Origin: an uncultured Candidatus Saccharibacteria bacterium
GTDB lineage: Bacteria > Patescibacteriota > Doudnabacteria > UBA920
Direction: 5' to 3'
Assembly: GCA_964594755.1 (NCBI GenBank)
Contig: CAZQMO010000003.1
Coordinates: 2,516-66,515, forward strand
Length of the DNA stretch: 64,000 nucleotides
Position 1 is the first letter of the stretch. Each line of letters opens with the position of its first letter. Under the pieces are notes generated by a model. The model did no database searches. It was not told where the DNA came from and worked only from the letters and a program-made list of their open reading frames with translations. This document shows, one piece after another, positions 29,212 through 37,977 of this stretch. A program made the position numbers and the translations under genes.

Positions 29212-29295
29212 TCATGATGTGCAGCCCTGACAGGCAGCGCACTTAGCTGCGCAAAGCTTCTCAGCAATGCGCCTGATTCGCTCTTTACGAGTCAT
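29212..29295 (-). CDS. 27-aa Cys-rich peptide (candidate precursor peptide or metal-binding peptide), unannotated
   Basis: Minus-strand ATG at 29295, preceded by a strong SD (AAGGAGGTG) 7 nt upstream. Translation: MTRKERIRRIAEKLCAAKCAACQGCTS*. It sits 23 nt after the oxygenase-like gene and is followed by a weak hairpin (GGGCG...CGCCC plus AATTTTAA) before the methyltransferase. Confidence 0.45.
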   Translation of the reverse strand: MTRKERIRRIAEKLCAAKCAACQGCTS

Positions 29296-29318
29296 TTGCT
29301 TTCACCTCCTTTTATGAT

Positions 29319-29996
29319 TTATTTAACGTATTCTATGAACGCCCTTACCTGAAAACGTTTGCTTGTCTCCTTCAGTTTATCACGACCGTGGAGCATAACA
29401 AAGTTATCGAACCAAATTGCCTCACCAGCTTTCAGTTTTAGAGAAATATGATTCCCCCTCTCCCGTTTGTCCAGAAGTACCTGATTAAATCGCTCGACTG
29501 ATTTAGCCTGACGATCCTCAAGTTTTTCTAGATTTGCGAGAGTAAAAGCTGGTAGCCAATAAACATGAGGGCGTTGATTGTCATTCACGCTCAATACTGG
29601 AAGGGTTTCTTCACTCCTAGGTAAAGGCACATTTACTTGTTTTAGCGCCTCAACTTCAGAATAAGATAATTCTTTCAGAATTTCGCGAGTGTCAACCAAA
29701 AGGTTTTCACCGCCATCATCGTCAGCGTGTTCACAGAACAACCCGACGACATTCACCAAAGGATAATCTGTGTGAAATGGGACTTCCTCTGGCAGATGAG
29801 AGTAACCAGTGAATTTTTCAACCGTATCCCTTGGCTTAAGAAAGATTTCTCTAGTATGTGTAACGCGGCCGAGTTGGTTACAAATTGCCAGATAATTCTC
29901 TCGAGTATGGACATTCTCAACAACAAATCCTTGGGAATCAAGCCTGTTAAGAATATCCGCAACATTAATAAATCTCTCAACTTGTAAATCGCTCAT
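29319..29996 (-). CDS. Fe(II)/2-oxoglutarate-dependent oxygenase-like protein (TauD/TfdA-like)
   Basis: 225 aa. HTD (an HxD facial-triad motif) near residue 75 and a distal HGRDK...R near the C-terminus. The assignment rests on motifs only. Confidence 0.5.
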   Translation of the reverse strand: MSDLQVERFINVADILNRLDSQGFVVENVHTRENYLAICNQLGRVTHTREIFLKPRDTVEKFTGYSHLPEEVPFHTDYPLVNVVGLFCEHADDDGGENLLVDTREILKELSYSEVEALKQVNVPLPRSEETLPVLSVNDNQRPHVYWLPAFTLANLEKLEDRQAKSVERFNQVLLDKRERGNHISLKLKAGEAIWFDNFVMLHGRDKLKETSKRFQVRAFIEYVK

Positions 29997-30520
29997 TATG
30001 TCAACGCCTCACATGGTTGATCAAAAAGCCTTGGCTTCTGTAACTGAGTAAGTATCTCGGCCGAGTACTTCTCAGGATATTCTTCATACCATCGCACAAC
30101 AGTATCTTCACCGACCACGTCCCAAATGTAGTTCAACTGAAGTTCGGTTTCATCAACACCGATTGGTTGAAAATCTGGTGTTGCTGGTGAGTGATGTATG
30201 AAGCTCCCTAAATATTTTTTGCAGAATTCTTCGTAGTCTCTAGTATGCAATATGAAGGTGTGCCAATACTCATCGATCACCACCATACCGCTATGAACCA
30301 CCAACATCTGTGGTATACCTTCGACTTTGTCTCTTCTGTCTTGTTTGAGCCTGGCGTTCAACCAAAGCCATCTGTGCGCCTCAGAAGCAATCTCTTGAGC
30401 TTCCTGGTGCGTTACGTTGTACAGCACTCTGAATTTGTTCAGAACCGTGTTATTCTGGTAGCCTAATGTCTTTTCAAGGCTAAGCATATTTACCTGACCT
30501 CCTTTAATTTGCTTAGCCAT
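29996..30520 (-). CDS. hypothetical protein (first gene of the peptide operon)
   Basis: 174 aa. Its stop overlaps the start of the oxygenase-like gene (ATGA). No recognised motif. Confidence 0.55.
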   Translation of the reverse strand: MAKQIKGGQVNMLSLEKTLGYQNNTVLNKFRVLYNVTHQEAQEIASEAHRWLWLNARLKQDRRDKVEGIPQMLVVHSGMVVIDEYWHTFILHTRDYEEFCKKYLGSFIHHSPATPDFQPIGVDETELQLNYIWDVVGEDTVVRWYEEYPEKYSAEILTQLQKPRLFDQPCEALT

Positions 30521-30796
30521 ATCGGCTAATTTAGGCCCATTATATCTATTTTATTAAGTTTTGTCAAGAGTATTATTACGTTTAAATACCTGTATGTGAT
30601 ATCTCTAACCTTATACTGTTTATTAAATATTGGTATTCTCTAATGTCTGGAGCATACCATAACTCCTCATCACCCATTCATATATTGGGTTTAAAGTTTT
30701 TTGCACTATGTCCACCAAAATAAATACCATTGTTATATTCTTTTTAGCTAAGGATGTAAGAATGGTATTTATTTTTTAATCAATTGGAGGATGCTA

Positions 30797-31012
30797 ATGA
30801 AAGATCAAAACTTTGTCGGGCCGCAGCGCACTTGGCGATGCGAATCTGGCCAGCATGAATCAATTATCCCTGACGGTTCGGTCTTCGCTTGGGCTTGGGC
30901 TGTTCAACAAGAACAAGGCCCAGTCGGGCCGCTAATAATCCCTGATTATAGCTGTGAACTCTGCCACCCTCAAAGATATAAACTTAGGTTATCGGATGAG
31001 GAAATCGCCTGA
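30797..31012 (+). CDS. small Cys/His-containing hypothetical protein
   Basis: ATG at 30797 preceded by GGAGG. Translation: MKDQNFVGPQRTWRCESGQH...CELCHP... (71 aa). It is a GC-rich island inside a 750-nt AT-rich intergenic region. The track's start at 30791 is 2 codons longer. Confidence 0.4.
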   Translation: MKDQNFVGPQRTWRCESGQHESIIPDGSVFAWAWAVQQEQGPVGPLIIPDYSCELCHPQRYKLRLSDEEIA

Positions 31013-31094
31013 CCCTGCGATAAAAGGGTCATTTTTATTTGCTCAAAATTAATGAATATCCTAGCAATTAGCGCTAAAATGATGTTTTATTCTA

Positions 31095-31123
31095 TTGACA
31101 AAAGTATGATTTTATAGTATAAT
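31095..31123 (+). promoter_or_regulatory. consensus sigma70 promoter
   Basis: TTGACA, a 17-nt spacer, then TATAAT, a perfect match to consensus. Followed by a roughly 145-nt leader before the ATG at 31270. Confidence 0.65.
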
Positions 31124-31269
31124 TATATGTTATAGTTGAACTTCGGTTTTCCTGGAAAACGATTATATAGTAGTCTTTTTCCAGTAGAACCGAACTCGGG
31201 CATGCGAGGGTTTCCACCCCTGGTCCCCCGACTTGGCCATCTACTATTTCAATACACAGGAGGCAAAGG

Positions 31270-32514
31270 ATGAAAAATCTTTGCACTTTTATGATGGCGA
31301 TCGTGCTCGTCATCTCGGCAACCGTCTTAGTTTGGGCTCAAACGCCTAATACAAATTCGGTAGAAACCACTCTGTCGCAGGACGACGTTTATACGATCGT
31401 ATCTGGCGATAGCTTGGCGGCTCTGTCTCCCGACAAGTGGAGACAGCTCAAAGCCATGAACCCTTTTCTAGACGCTCCAAACCGAACGCAAGTTCGGGCG
31501 GACGGCTGGACCAAGGTTCTGATCTATCCCGGAGAGAAACTAAAAGGACTCCGCGCCTTGGGAATAGAAGTTGAAAATGCGGCAGCTTCAACTGTTGCTC
31601 AATCACCTTCTCCGTCCGCGGCAGCTACTCCGAATGCCCAAACAGGGCAGACTGAGGAGCAAGGACTTCTTTCGTGGATCTTCTGGACGACGCTTGGATG
31701 GTTTCCTTGGTTGCTAGCAATTCTCTTCGGAGCAGGGCTTGCAATTCTCGGCTACCTCTTTTGGTTCTCACGCAACCGCGGCAACGCGGCAGCAGCCGGA
31801 CCGAAATACGCACCGAACGGAATAACCGATCGAACAGCGGCAGACGAATTCCTTCGCCAAGCTCAACGAAGCTTCGGCACAGGAACTGCCCTAATCGAAA
31901 GCTTCCGAATAGAGAACTTGCGGCGACGCAGAGCTACCGGAACAATCAATGTCAGCTACAAAGATGGTACTACCCAAAGTCGAATTCTCGACAATGAAGT
32001 AGTCTATCTTGCAGACTTGTATTATCCGGACGGAACGGTTCGTCGCGACGAGATGCTTCTGTCCGCTTGCGGCAATCCGCTTCGGGCTTCGGGTAATGTC
32101 GCATCCTATGTTCCGGGATTAAACTTCCGGTTCGTAGACGAACAACCCCAAGTCATCCGAATCACGGAACCCGAACCGGACCAGAACTCGGCACCGACGG
32201 TCGCAAAGCCAGCCAAAGCGGAATCTCGTGACGGCGTCTTCTTTACCGAAGACGGCACTGGAGCAGTTGTTGAACTCAATGGTAAAGCTGTTGAGCTCGC
32301 GATTACTTCGGACATGAGCTTTCAACTCGGGACGAACTCCGAGGAAGAAAAATCGGTGATTGTTCGCAGAAATTGGGTTCAGCTCAAATTCGAAAACGGA
32401 CGGATCACTGATTTCGGTCTGGATGGCGAGCCGAAAAGGGTAGTTCCGATAGAGCAGACTTCGGAAGAAGTTCGCTCCGAGGAAGACAACGAAGCAGCTG
32501 CGGCAGCTTCATAA
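31270..32514 (+). CDS. LysM-domain secreted/membrane protein
   Basis: 414 aa. Signal peptide, then a LysM-like motif (YTIVSGDSLAALS), then a TM helix (WFPWLLAILFGAGLAILGYLFWF), then a cytoplasmic or extracellular domain. Confidence 0.65.
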   Translation: MKNLCTFMMAIVLVISATVLVWAQTPNTNSVETTLSQDDVYTIVSGDSLAALSPDKWRQLKAMNPFLDAPNRTQVRADGWTKVLIYPGEKLKGLRALGIEVENAAASTVAQSPSPSAAATPNAQTGQTEEQGLLSWIFWTTLGWFPWLLAILFGAGLAILGYLFWFSRNRGNAAAAGPKYAPNGITDRTAADEFLRQAQRSFGTGTALIESFRIENLRRRRATGTINVSYKDGTTQSRILDNEVVYLADLYYPDGTVRRDEMLLSACGNPLRASGNVASYVPGLNFRFVDEQPQVIRITEPEPDQNSAPTVAKPAKAESRDGVFFTEDGTGAVVELNGKAVELAITSDMSFQLGTNSEEEKSVIVRRNWVQLKFENGRITDFGLDGEPKRVVPIEQTSEEVRSEEDNEAAAAAS

Positions 32515-32544
32515 CGTAACTCAATCAGTGCAAATTGATTGTGC

Positions 32545-32579
32545 GAACCGACTCAACTTAGGGTCGGTTCTTTTTTTTT
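32545..32579 (+). terminator. intrinsic terminator
   Basis: GAACCGACtcaacttagGGTCGGTTCttttttttt. Confidence 0.75.
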
Positions 32580-32597
32580 GATATAAAATCTGCCAAA

Positions 32598-33608
32598 ATG
32601 CGTTATAGTAACTATATGAAGTATATTATCCTAATTTTTATAGCTATCTCTATGATAGCAGTGGGCTGCAGCCAGCAATCTACCGACAGTAGCCAAACAG
32701 CGAACCCAGATCAGCAAATTAAAACCGAGGGCGGTGAAATTGTGAACCCCACTTCCTTGCAAGCTTTGATGCAAAAACAATTTGACGGCCGAGAGTTTCA
32801 GATTGGCCAAGTGCAGTCTGAAACCGCTACCTACACTCGATACTACATTACATACAAAAGCGGCGAGCTTACTATCTCGGGAATCATGAACGTACCGAAG
32901 GGCACCGGTCCCTTCCCAGTCGTAATCATGAATCACGGGTACATTGATCCTGCCATCTACACCAATGGTCGCGGCTTGCGTCGCGAACAAGATTACTTCG
33001 CTGCTCGTGGTTACATTGTAATCCATCCTGACTATCGCAATCACGCACAGTCATCCAAGGACGACAATGTAGAAGGCGACATCCGAATCGGATACATAGA
33101 GGATGTGATTAATACTATCTATGCAATCAAGTCAGCAAACCTGACTTACGCTGACACCAACCGCATAGCTATGATAGGACACTCCATGGGCGGTGGCATT
33201 GCTCAAGCTGTCATGGTGGTACAGCCAGAATTGGTAGACGCTTACATGCTGTATGCTCCAGTGTCCTCCGACGTGCGCGAAAGCTACTACCGCTGGACAA
33301 AAAGCCGACCAGAAGCAGTTGAGCAAATCAAACAGCAGCATGGAGATCCGGAAACCAATCCAGAATTTTGGGACAACATGTCGCCGGTCAACTTTTTTGA
33401 TCGCATTAAGTCCCCTGTGATGATTAACCATGGCACCAATGATGCAGACGTACCTCTAGAGTGGAGCTACCGCACGCGCGATGCTCTAGAGGCCGCAGGC
33501 AAAGAAGTGATTCTGCACGAGTACCCTGGCGAAGGGCATGAGTTTGGTCCTGCCTGGGGCACGGTCATGCAGCGCACAATCAATTTCTTCAATCAGAACC
33601 TTAAATAA
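32598..33608 (+). CDS. alpha/beta-hydrolase lipoprotein (S9 peptidase / dienelactone-hydrolase-like)
   Basis: 336 aa. Lipobox (ISMIAVGC), nucleophile elbow (IGHSMGGG), and Asp and His placed appropriately downstream. Confidence 0.75.
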   Translation: MRYSNYMKYIILIFIAISMIAVGCSQQSTDSSQTANPDQQIKTEGGEIVNPTSLQALMQKQFDGREFQIGQVQSETATYTRYYITYKSGELTISGIMNVPKGTGPFPVVIMNHGYIDPAIYTNGRGLRREQDYFAARGYIVIHPDYRNHAQSSKDDNVEGDIRIGYIEDVINTIYAIKSANLTYADTNRIAMIGHSMGGGIAQAVMVVQPELVDAYMLYAPVSSDVRESYYRWTKSRPEAVEQIKQQHGDPETNPEFWDNMSPVNFFDRIKSPVMINHGTNDADVPLEWSYRTRDALEAAGKEVILHEYPGEGHEFGPAWGTVMQRTINFFNQNLK

Positions 33609-33610
33609 AA

Positions 33611-33640
33611 ACGAACCCGAGAATGTTCTCGGGTTCGATT
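33611..33640. terminator. bidirectional intrinsic terminator
   Basis: CGAACCCGAGAAtgtTCTCGGGTTCGattg, between convergent genes. Confidence 0.7.
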
Positions 33641-33641
33641 G

Positions 33642-34055
33642 TTAATGAGTACCAGCGGCCATCGCTTTCAGAATTTTAGGCTCTTCATATTCGGGTCTAG
33701 GATCAGAATCGTCGTCGTCATCAGGGCCAGGATCAAAATCTGGAGGTATAGGACTCATTGTCATAAACCAAATTCCATGATCATCCAACTCAATCTTTAG
33801 TTCCTTACCATGACGCAAACCAACTGCTTCAAAGAGATCATCAATCATATCCAATTCAAGATCATTTAAAGCATTTAGCTGACTCTGAATCCGATCATTA
33901 AGCGGCACCCAGACTGGATAGAAATGTAAAACGGCTTCTTCAGAGTCTTGGGAGAAAAAATTTCTCACAGAAACTACGATTAATCTGAAAATGCCTGCAA
34001 CCTTAACTATAGAATCTAAGTCCGATTGCACATCCATACAGCACCTCCTTTGCAA
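33642..34055 (-). CDS. hypothetical acidic protein
   Basis: 137 aa with an acidic C-terminal tail (DPGPDDDDDSDPRPEYEEP). Lies downstream of mntH in the same orientation. Confidence 0.45.
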   Translation of the reverse strand: MQRRCCMDVQSDLDSIVKVAGIFRLIVVSVRNFFSQDSEEAVLHFYPVWVPLNDRIQSQLNALNDLELDMIDDLFEAVGLRHGKELKIELDDHGIWFMTMSPIPPDFDPGPDDDDDSDPRPEYEEPKILKAMAAGTH

Positions 34056-34094
34056 TATCAGTATGTTAACCGTAAACTCACAAAATTGTCAAAG

Positions 34095-35459
34095 CTAGAC
34101 CAAAGCAACTAAAGCACCCACTGCCGCGACAGTCATCAACGCCACAATCCCGTAACCAAACCAGCTTAAACCTTTCCGATTGACCCAACGACCCATCAGC
34201 ACTTTATCGCCACTCAGCTTGACGATGAAATACAAAATAATTGGAGCAACAATACCATTCAGTACAGCAGAATAAACTAAAGCCTGTATTGGATTAATGC
34301 CAATGAAATTAATTAACATTCCAAGCAACATCGCAAAGATAATTACTCCGTAGAAAGCATGAGCATGACTTAACCCACGAGACAAGCCAGACCGCCAACT
34401 AAAACTTTCTGCTAAAGCGTAAGCGGCACTCCCCGCTAATACCGGCACAGCTAATAAACCAGTTCCAATAATTCCAAGGGCGAACAGAATATACGCTTGC
34501 TCACCAGCCAGTGGCCTTAATGCCAAAGCAGCTTGCTCGGCTGATTCAATTGCCATACCCTGAGGGAACAAAACCGCAGCACATGTCACAATAATGAAAA
34601 ACATCACTAAGTTGGACAAAAACATTCCCACTACAACATCAAAGCGCATTCTGCGAACTTCTTTTTTGGTCACTATTTGATGACGAAGTTTAGGAGATAG
34701 CTTACCGGCCAACTTTCTAGATTCAACTTCCTGAGAAGTTTGCCAAAAGAACAAATAAGGCGAAATGGTCGTACCGAGTACAGCACATATCATGATGATA
34801 ATACTTTTTGACCAAGTGATGTTTGGCCAGATGGTTTGCGTCCAAATCTCTCGCCAAGGCAAGTTATCTAAGCTAAGCGCTGTGGCGACGTATAGCAACA
34901 ACACTAAAGTTAGATACTTTAAGAATCTCGCGTAATTAGCATAAGAAATAAAAATCTGCATACCCAAACTAACAATTGTGAATAGCAGGAGGAAAGTTAA
35001 AAAGTTAAACGAAGGGAAAATTAATTGTGCGGCTGCGGCCATTGCCCCAAGATCAGCACCAATGTTAAAAGTATTTGTAACAAAAATAATAGCCGTTAAT
35101 ACATAGAGTACACTAGCTCGATATTGAGTGCGAATATTAGCTGCCAAACCTTGACCAGTTGCTAAACCAATTCGGGCGCACATTTCCTGCACAGCCACCA
35201 TAAGCGGGAAGGTGAGCGGTGCTAGCCAGAGCAATGAATAGCCGAATAAAGCTCCTGCCTGAGAATAGGTCGCAATTCCTGAAGGGTCATCATCTGAAGC
35301 GCCGGTGGTAATCCCTGGGCCTAACGAATACCAATAATCCTCAGCCTCGCGCAAAGGCTTGTTAATACTGTGCAAGGCATGCTGGCTTTCTAACATAGCA
35401 GTTTCAAGCGCCTTAGCAGGAGCCTCGGCAACCTCGGTAATTATTTCTTTTGCATTCAT
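34095..35459 (-). CDS. mntH: Nramp-family divalent metal (Mn2+/Fe2+) transporter
   Basis: 454 aa, about 11 TM helices. Nramp signature region GPGITTGASDDDPSGIATYSQAGA. Confidence 0.85.
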   Translation of the reverse strand: MNAKEIITEVAEAPAKALETAMLESQHALHSINKPLREAEDYWYSLGPGITTGASDDDPSGIATYSQAGALFGYSLLWLAPLTFPLMVAVQEMCARIGLATGQGLAANIRTQYRASVLYVLTAIIFVTNTFNIGADLGAMAAAAQLIFPSFNFLTFLLLFTIVSLGMQIFISYANYARFLKYLTLVLLLYVATALSLDNLPWREIWTQTIWPNITWSKSIIIMICAVLGTTISPYLFFWQTSQEVESRKLAGKLSPKLRHQIVTKKEVRRMRFDVVVGMFLSNLVMFFIIVTCAAVLFPQGMAIESAEQAALALRPLAGEQAYILFALGIIGTGLLAVPVLAGSAAYALAESFSWRSGLSRGLSHAHAFYGVIIFAMLLGMLINFIGINPIQALVYSAVLNGIVAPIILYFIVKLSGDKVLMGRWVNRKGLSWFGYGIVALMTVAAVGALVALV

Positions 35460-35514
35460 TTTGTTTCTAAATATAGAAGGAATCTTTTTTTATTATCTCA
35501 TAGATTTGGGGGTT

Positions 35515-35543
35515 TTGACAAAATCGCTAAGAAAAGCTATAAT
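35515..35543 (+). promoter_or_regulatory. consensus sigma70 promoter for infC-rpmI-rplT
   Basis: TTGACA, a 17-nt spacer, then TATAAT, a perfect match to consensus. Confidence 0.65.
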
Positions 35544-35578
35544 TTTGGCTAGTTAAGGTTAGTAATAAACTCAACAAT

Positions 35579-36085
35579 TTGCAAAAAACCAGAATTAATC
35601 GGCAAATTACTGCCCCAGAAATCCGTCTCCTGAATGATCAGGGCGAACAGCTGGGTATTATGCCAATTGCTCAAGCCCTCGCTCTTGGCGAGGAACATGG
35701 TCTGGATCTAGTGGAAATCTCTCCTGGAGCAAAACCACCAGTAGTTAAACTGATCAGTTTTGATAAGTTTAAGTACCAGCAAAAAAAACTTGAGCAACAA
35801 CAAAAAAAGCGTGTCAAAAAAGTCGAAGTTAAGACTATTCGCTTAAGTGCCAAAATCGCTTCTCACGATATTGCCACTAAAGCTAAGCGCGCTGATGAAT
35901 TTTTGCAAGACGGTGACTGGGTCAAGCTAGAACTGCGCATGCGCGGCCGCGAACAGGCCTTTCTGGATGTCGCCAACCAGCAATTAGAAACTTTTAAAGC
36001 GGCTTTAACCGTCCCCTATCGGATTGAAGTAGCTCCAAAGAAAGCTGGGAATACCATAAGCATGACCTTAGCCCCTACTAAATAA
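35579..36085 (+). CDS. infC: translation initiation factor IF-3
   Basis: 168 aa. IF-3 N-domain (INRQITAPEIRLLNDQGEQLGIM) and C-domain. The start at 35579 is a TTG; non-AUG starts are characteristic of infC. Confidence 0.9.
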   Translation: MQKTRINRQITAPEIRLLNDQGEQLGIMPIAQALALGEEHGLDLVEISPGAKPPVVKLISFDKFKYQQKKLEQQQKKRVKKVEVKTIRLSAKIASHDIATKAKRADEFLQDGDWVKLELRMRGREQAFLDVANQQLETFKAALTVPYRIEVAPKKAGNTISMTLAPTK

Positions 36086-36118
36086 CAGAGAACTTCAAAG
36101 TTCTTAACTATATATAAG

Positions 36119-36313
36119 ATGCCTAAATTGAAAACTCACCAAGGAACTGCCAAGCGGTTCCGCAAGACTAAAACTGGAAAAATCATGCACCGCACTAGTG
36201 GGCAAGATCACTTTAACACTCGGGAAACCGGTAAAGTCTCCAAAAATAAGCGTCGCGATACCCAACTTAGCTCTGCTAACCGAAGGATCAAGACTCTTAT
36301 TGTTCACAAGTAA
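36119..36313 (+). CDS. rpmI: 50S ribosomal protein L35
   Basis: 64 aa. MPKLKTHQGTAKRFRKTKTGKIMHR is a classic bL35 sequence. Confidence 0.9.
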   Translation: MPKLKTHQGTAKRFRKTKTGKIMHRTSGQDHFNTRETGKVSKNKRRDTQLSSANRRIKTLIVHK

Positions 36314-36328
36314 TTTTATTTATCATAT

Positions 36329-36676
36329 ATGACAAGAGTTAAACGCGGCGTAGGTCATACCAAGCGTCGTAAAAATATTCTTAAGCGAGCCAAAGGGTTC
36401 GACAACCGTCGTTCCACCAACTTGCGCCAAGCTCGTGAAGCTTTGCTCAAGGCAGAAAGCTACGCTTACCGTGATCGCCGCAACAAAAAGCGCGATCAAC
36501 GCGCCCTCTGGCTAGTCCGTCTAGGAGCTGCCCTTCGCGAAAATGGCACCACTTGGAGCAAGTTCGCAGCAGTTCTTAAAAAAGAAGGTGTTACTGTTAA
36601 CCGCAAAATGCTTTCCGAAATGGCTATCAAAGCCCCTGCTGGTTTTGACAAAATGGTCACCGACCTTACCAAATAA
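36329..36676 (+). CDS. rplT: 50S ribosomal protein L20
   Basis: 115 aa. MTRVKRGVGHTKRRKNILKRAKGF is a classic bL20 sequence. Confidence 0.9.
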   Translation: MTRVKRGVGHTKRRKNILKRAKGFDNRRSTNLRQAREALLKAESYAYRDRRNKKRDQRALWLVRLGAALRENGTTWSKFAAVLKKEGVTVNRKMLSEMAIKAPAGFDKMVTDLTK

Positions 36677-36680
36677 ACTA

Positions 36681-36708
36681 AAACCCCGGCCCTGTGCCGG
36701 GGTTTTGA
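36681..36708 (+). terminator. intrinsic terminator of rplT
   Basis: aaaCCCCGGCcctgtGCCGGGGttttg. Confidence 0.7.
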
Positions 36709-36735
36709 TTACCCAGATTTTCTTTGATGAAATAA

Positions 36736-36760
36736 AAACCTCCCTTGCGGGAGGTTTTAA
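36736..36760 (-). terminator. intrinsic terminator for the convergent minus-strand gene
   Basis: On the minus strand: AAAACCTCCCgcaaGGGAGGTTTTTATTT. Confidence 0.6.
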
Positions 36761-36768
36761 ACTAGCTG

Positions 36769-37395
36769 TTAGCGTTGTGGCTGAGTAGCTGGAGCCTGTT
36801 GCTGAGGCTGAGTAGCTGGAGCCTGTTGCTGAGGCTGAGTAGCTGGAGCCTGTTGCTGTTGACCAGACTGCTGATTGTTAGCTGGCGGATTCTTTTGGTA
36901 TTCACGAATCGCTTGCATAACTCGACCGTCTTCTTTGATATCTTCATAGAACAAAATTTGTTCTCGATTAATCTTCATTTCATCAACTGGTCCGTGAAGT
37001 TCTTGACCAAGCTTTACCAAAGAAAGTTGAGGTTGCTGTTGCTGTGCACCTTCTGGTTGTGAACCTTGCAAAGGTGGCTGGGTTACTTGAAGATAATAAA
37101 TATCGTTCAAAGTAGCGTAAGTAGCGCTCACATCTGACAACTTACCAAAGTATACTTGTCCATTAGTCAAGAACACTGCTTGATACCCAGATAAAGTTTC
37201 TTCTTGTGCTGTACCAGTCTGAGCTTCATCCTGGCTAGGGAATAAACTGTCACGGAACAATACTGCTCCAATAATTACCAATAATACTACTACTGCCAAG
37301 ATAATCCAAGGCATGTTGTTACGAGAACCATTACGAGAACCCATAGGATTCATTTGGCGTTCAGGGCCGCCACCAACCCGAATATCTTCATTCAT
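36769..37395 (-). CDS. membrane-anchored protein with C-terminal Q/P/A-rich tandem repeats
   Basis: 208 aa with an N-terminal TM helix (MPWIILAVVVLLVIIGAVLF). The C-terminus is (QQQAPATQP)x3. Confidence 0.6.
   Translation of the reverse strand: MNEDIRVGGGPERQMNPMGSRNGSRNNMPWIILAVVVLLVIIGAVLFRDSLFPSQDEAQTGTAQEETLSGYQAVFLTNGQVYFGKLSDVSATYATLNDIYYLQVTQPPLQGSQPEGAQQQQPQLSLVKLGQELHGPVDEMKINREQILFYEDIKEDGRVMQAIREYQKNPPANNQQSGQQQQAPATQPQQQAPATQPQQQAPATQPQR
36775..36860. repeat. 3 x 27-nt perfect tandem repeat inside CDS (encodes QQQAPATQP x3)
   Basis: GGCTGAGTAGCTGGAGCCTGTTGCTGA repeated three times head-to-tail. Confidence 0.85.
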
Positions 37396-37440
37396 GATAA
37401 ATAAATTATTTAATTAATTAAGCCTGTCCTCCGTCGTGCA

Positions 37441-37974
37441 TCAGCAGCGCATGACGATATACTTTTGTGAACTGTCGATACTTACCAAGTCTAACTCTTC
37501 CTGGGCCAAAACCATAGAAGCGGGCAGGTGAGACACTATGGAACTATTGGTCTTAGATACCGAATGAGCTATAAGAGCAACATCAGGTTGAGCATGGGAT
37601 TTCCAAAACTCCGCATGATGGGATAGTTGATGAGAGTCGAAGCGCGCAACAGTTACCTGTGGCAAATTTGGTAGCTCTGTGACCACTGACAGCTTGGGGG
37701 CATTAACCCTACCGAGACTCAGAGTGAAATTACAATTACTCCAGAGCAACAAATCAAATCGATCAAAGCTTTCAGTCGAATCACTACAGACAGAAGTGTG
37801 AACCAGGTTGATCTGAACCTGAGACTCAGAACTAACTACTCGCAGTTGTGGTCCAGCCTTAACTGCGGTCTCAACAACGGGTTCTAGTTCCAAATAACCT
37901 TGAGCTACATGAGGACCAAGGGAACTCAGCAAAATGCTGACTACAGCGCTAATTTTCCAAAAAACTGATTTCAT
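37441..37974 (-). CDS. secreted hypothetical protein
   Basis: 177 aa with a signal peptide (MKSVFWKISAVVSILLSSLGPHVAQG). Confidence 0.5.
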   Translation of the reverse strand: MKSVFWKISAVVSILLSSLGPHVAQGYLELEPVVETAVKAGPQLRVVSSESQVQINLVHTSVCSDSTESFDRFDLLLWSNCNFTLSLGRVNAPKLSVVTELPNLPQVTVARFDSHQLSHHAEFWKSHAQPDVALIAHSVSKTNSSIVSHLPASMVLAQEELDLVSIDSSQKYIVMRC

Positions 37975-37977
37975 AGA

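Noticed and set aside
30797-31012. Calling the 71-aa Cys/His ORF a zinc-ribbon transcription factor
   Set aside because: The Cys/His spacing is suggestive, but no defined family motif is recognisable by eye. It is left as hypothetical.
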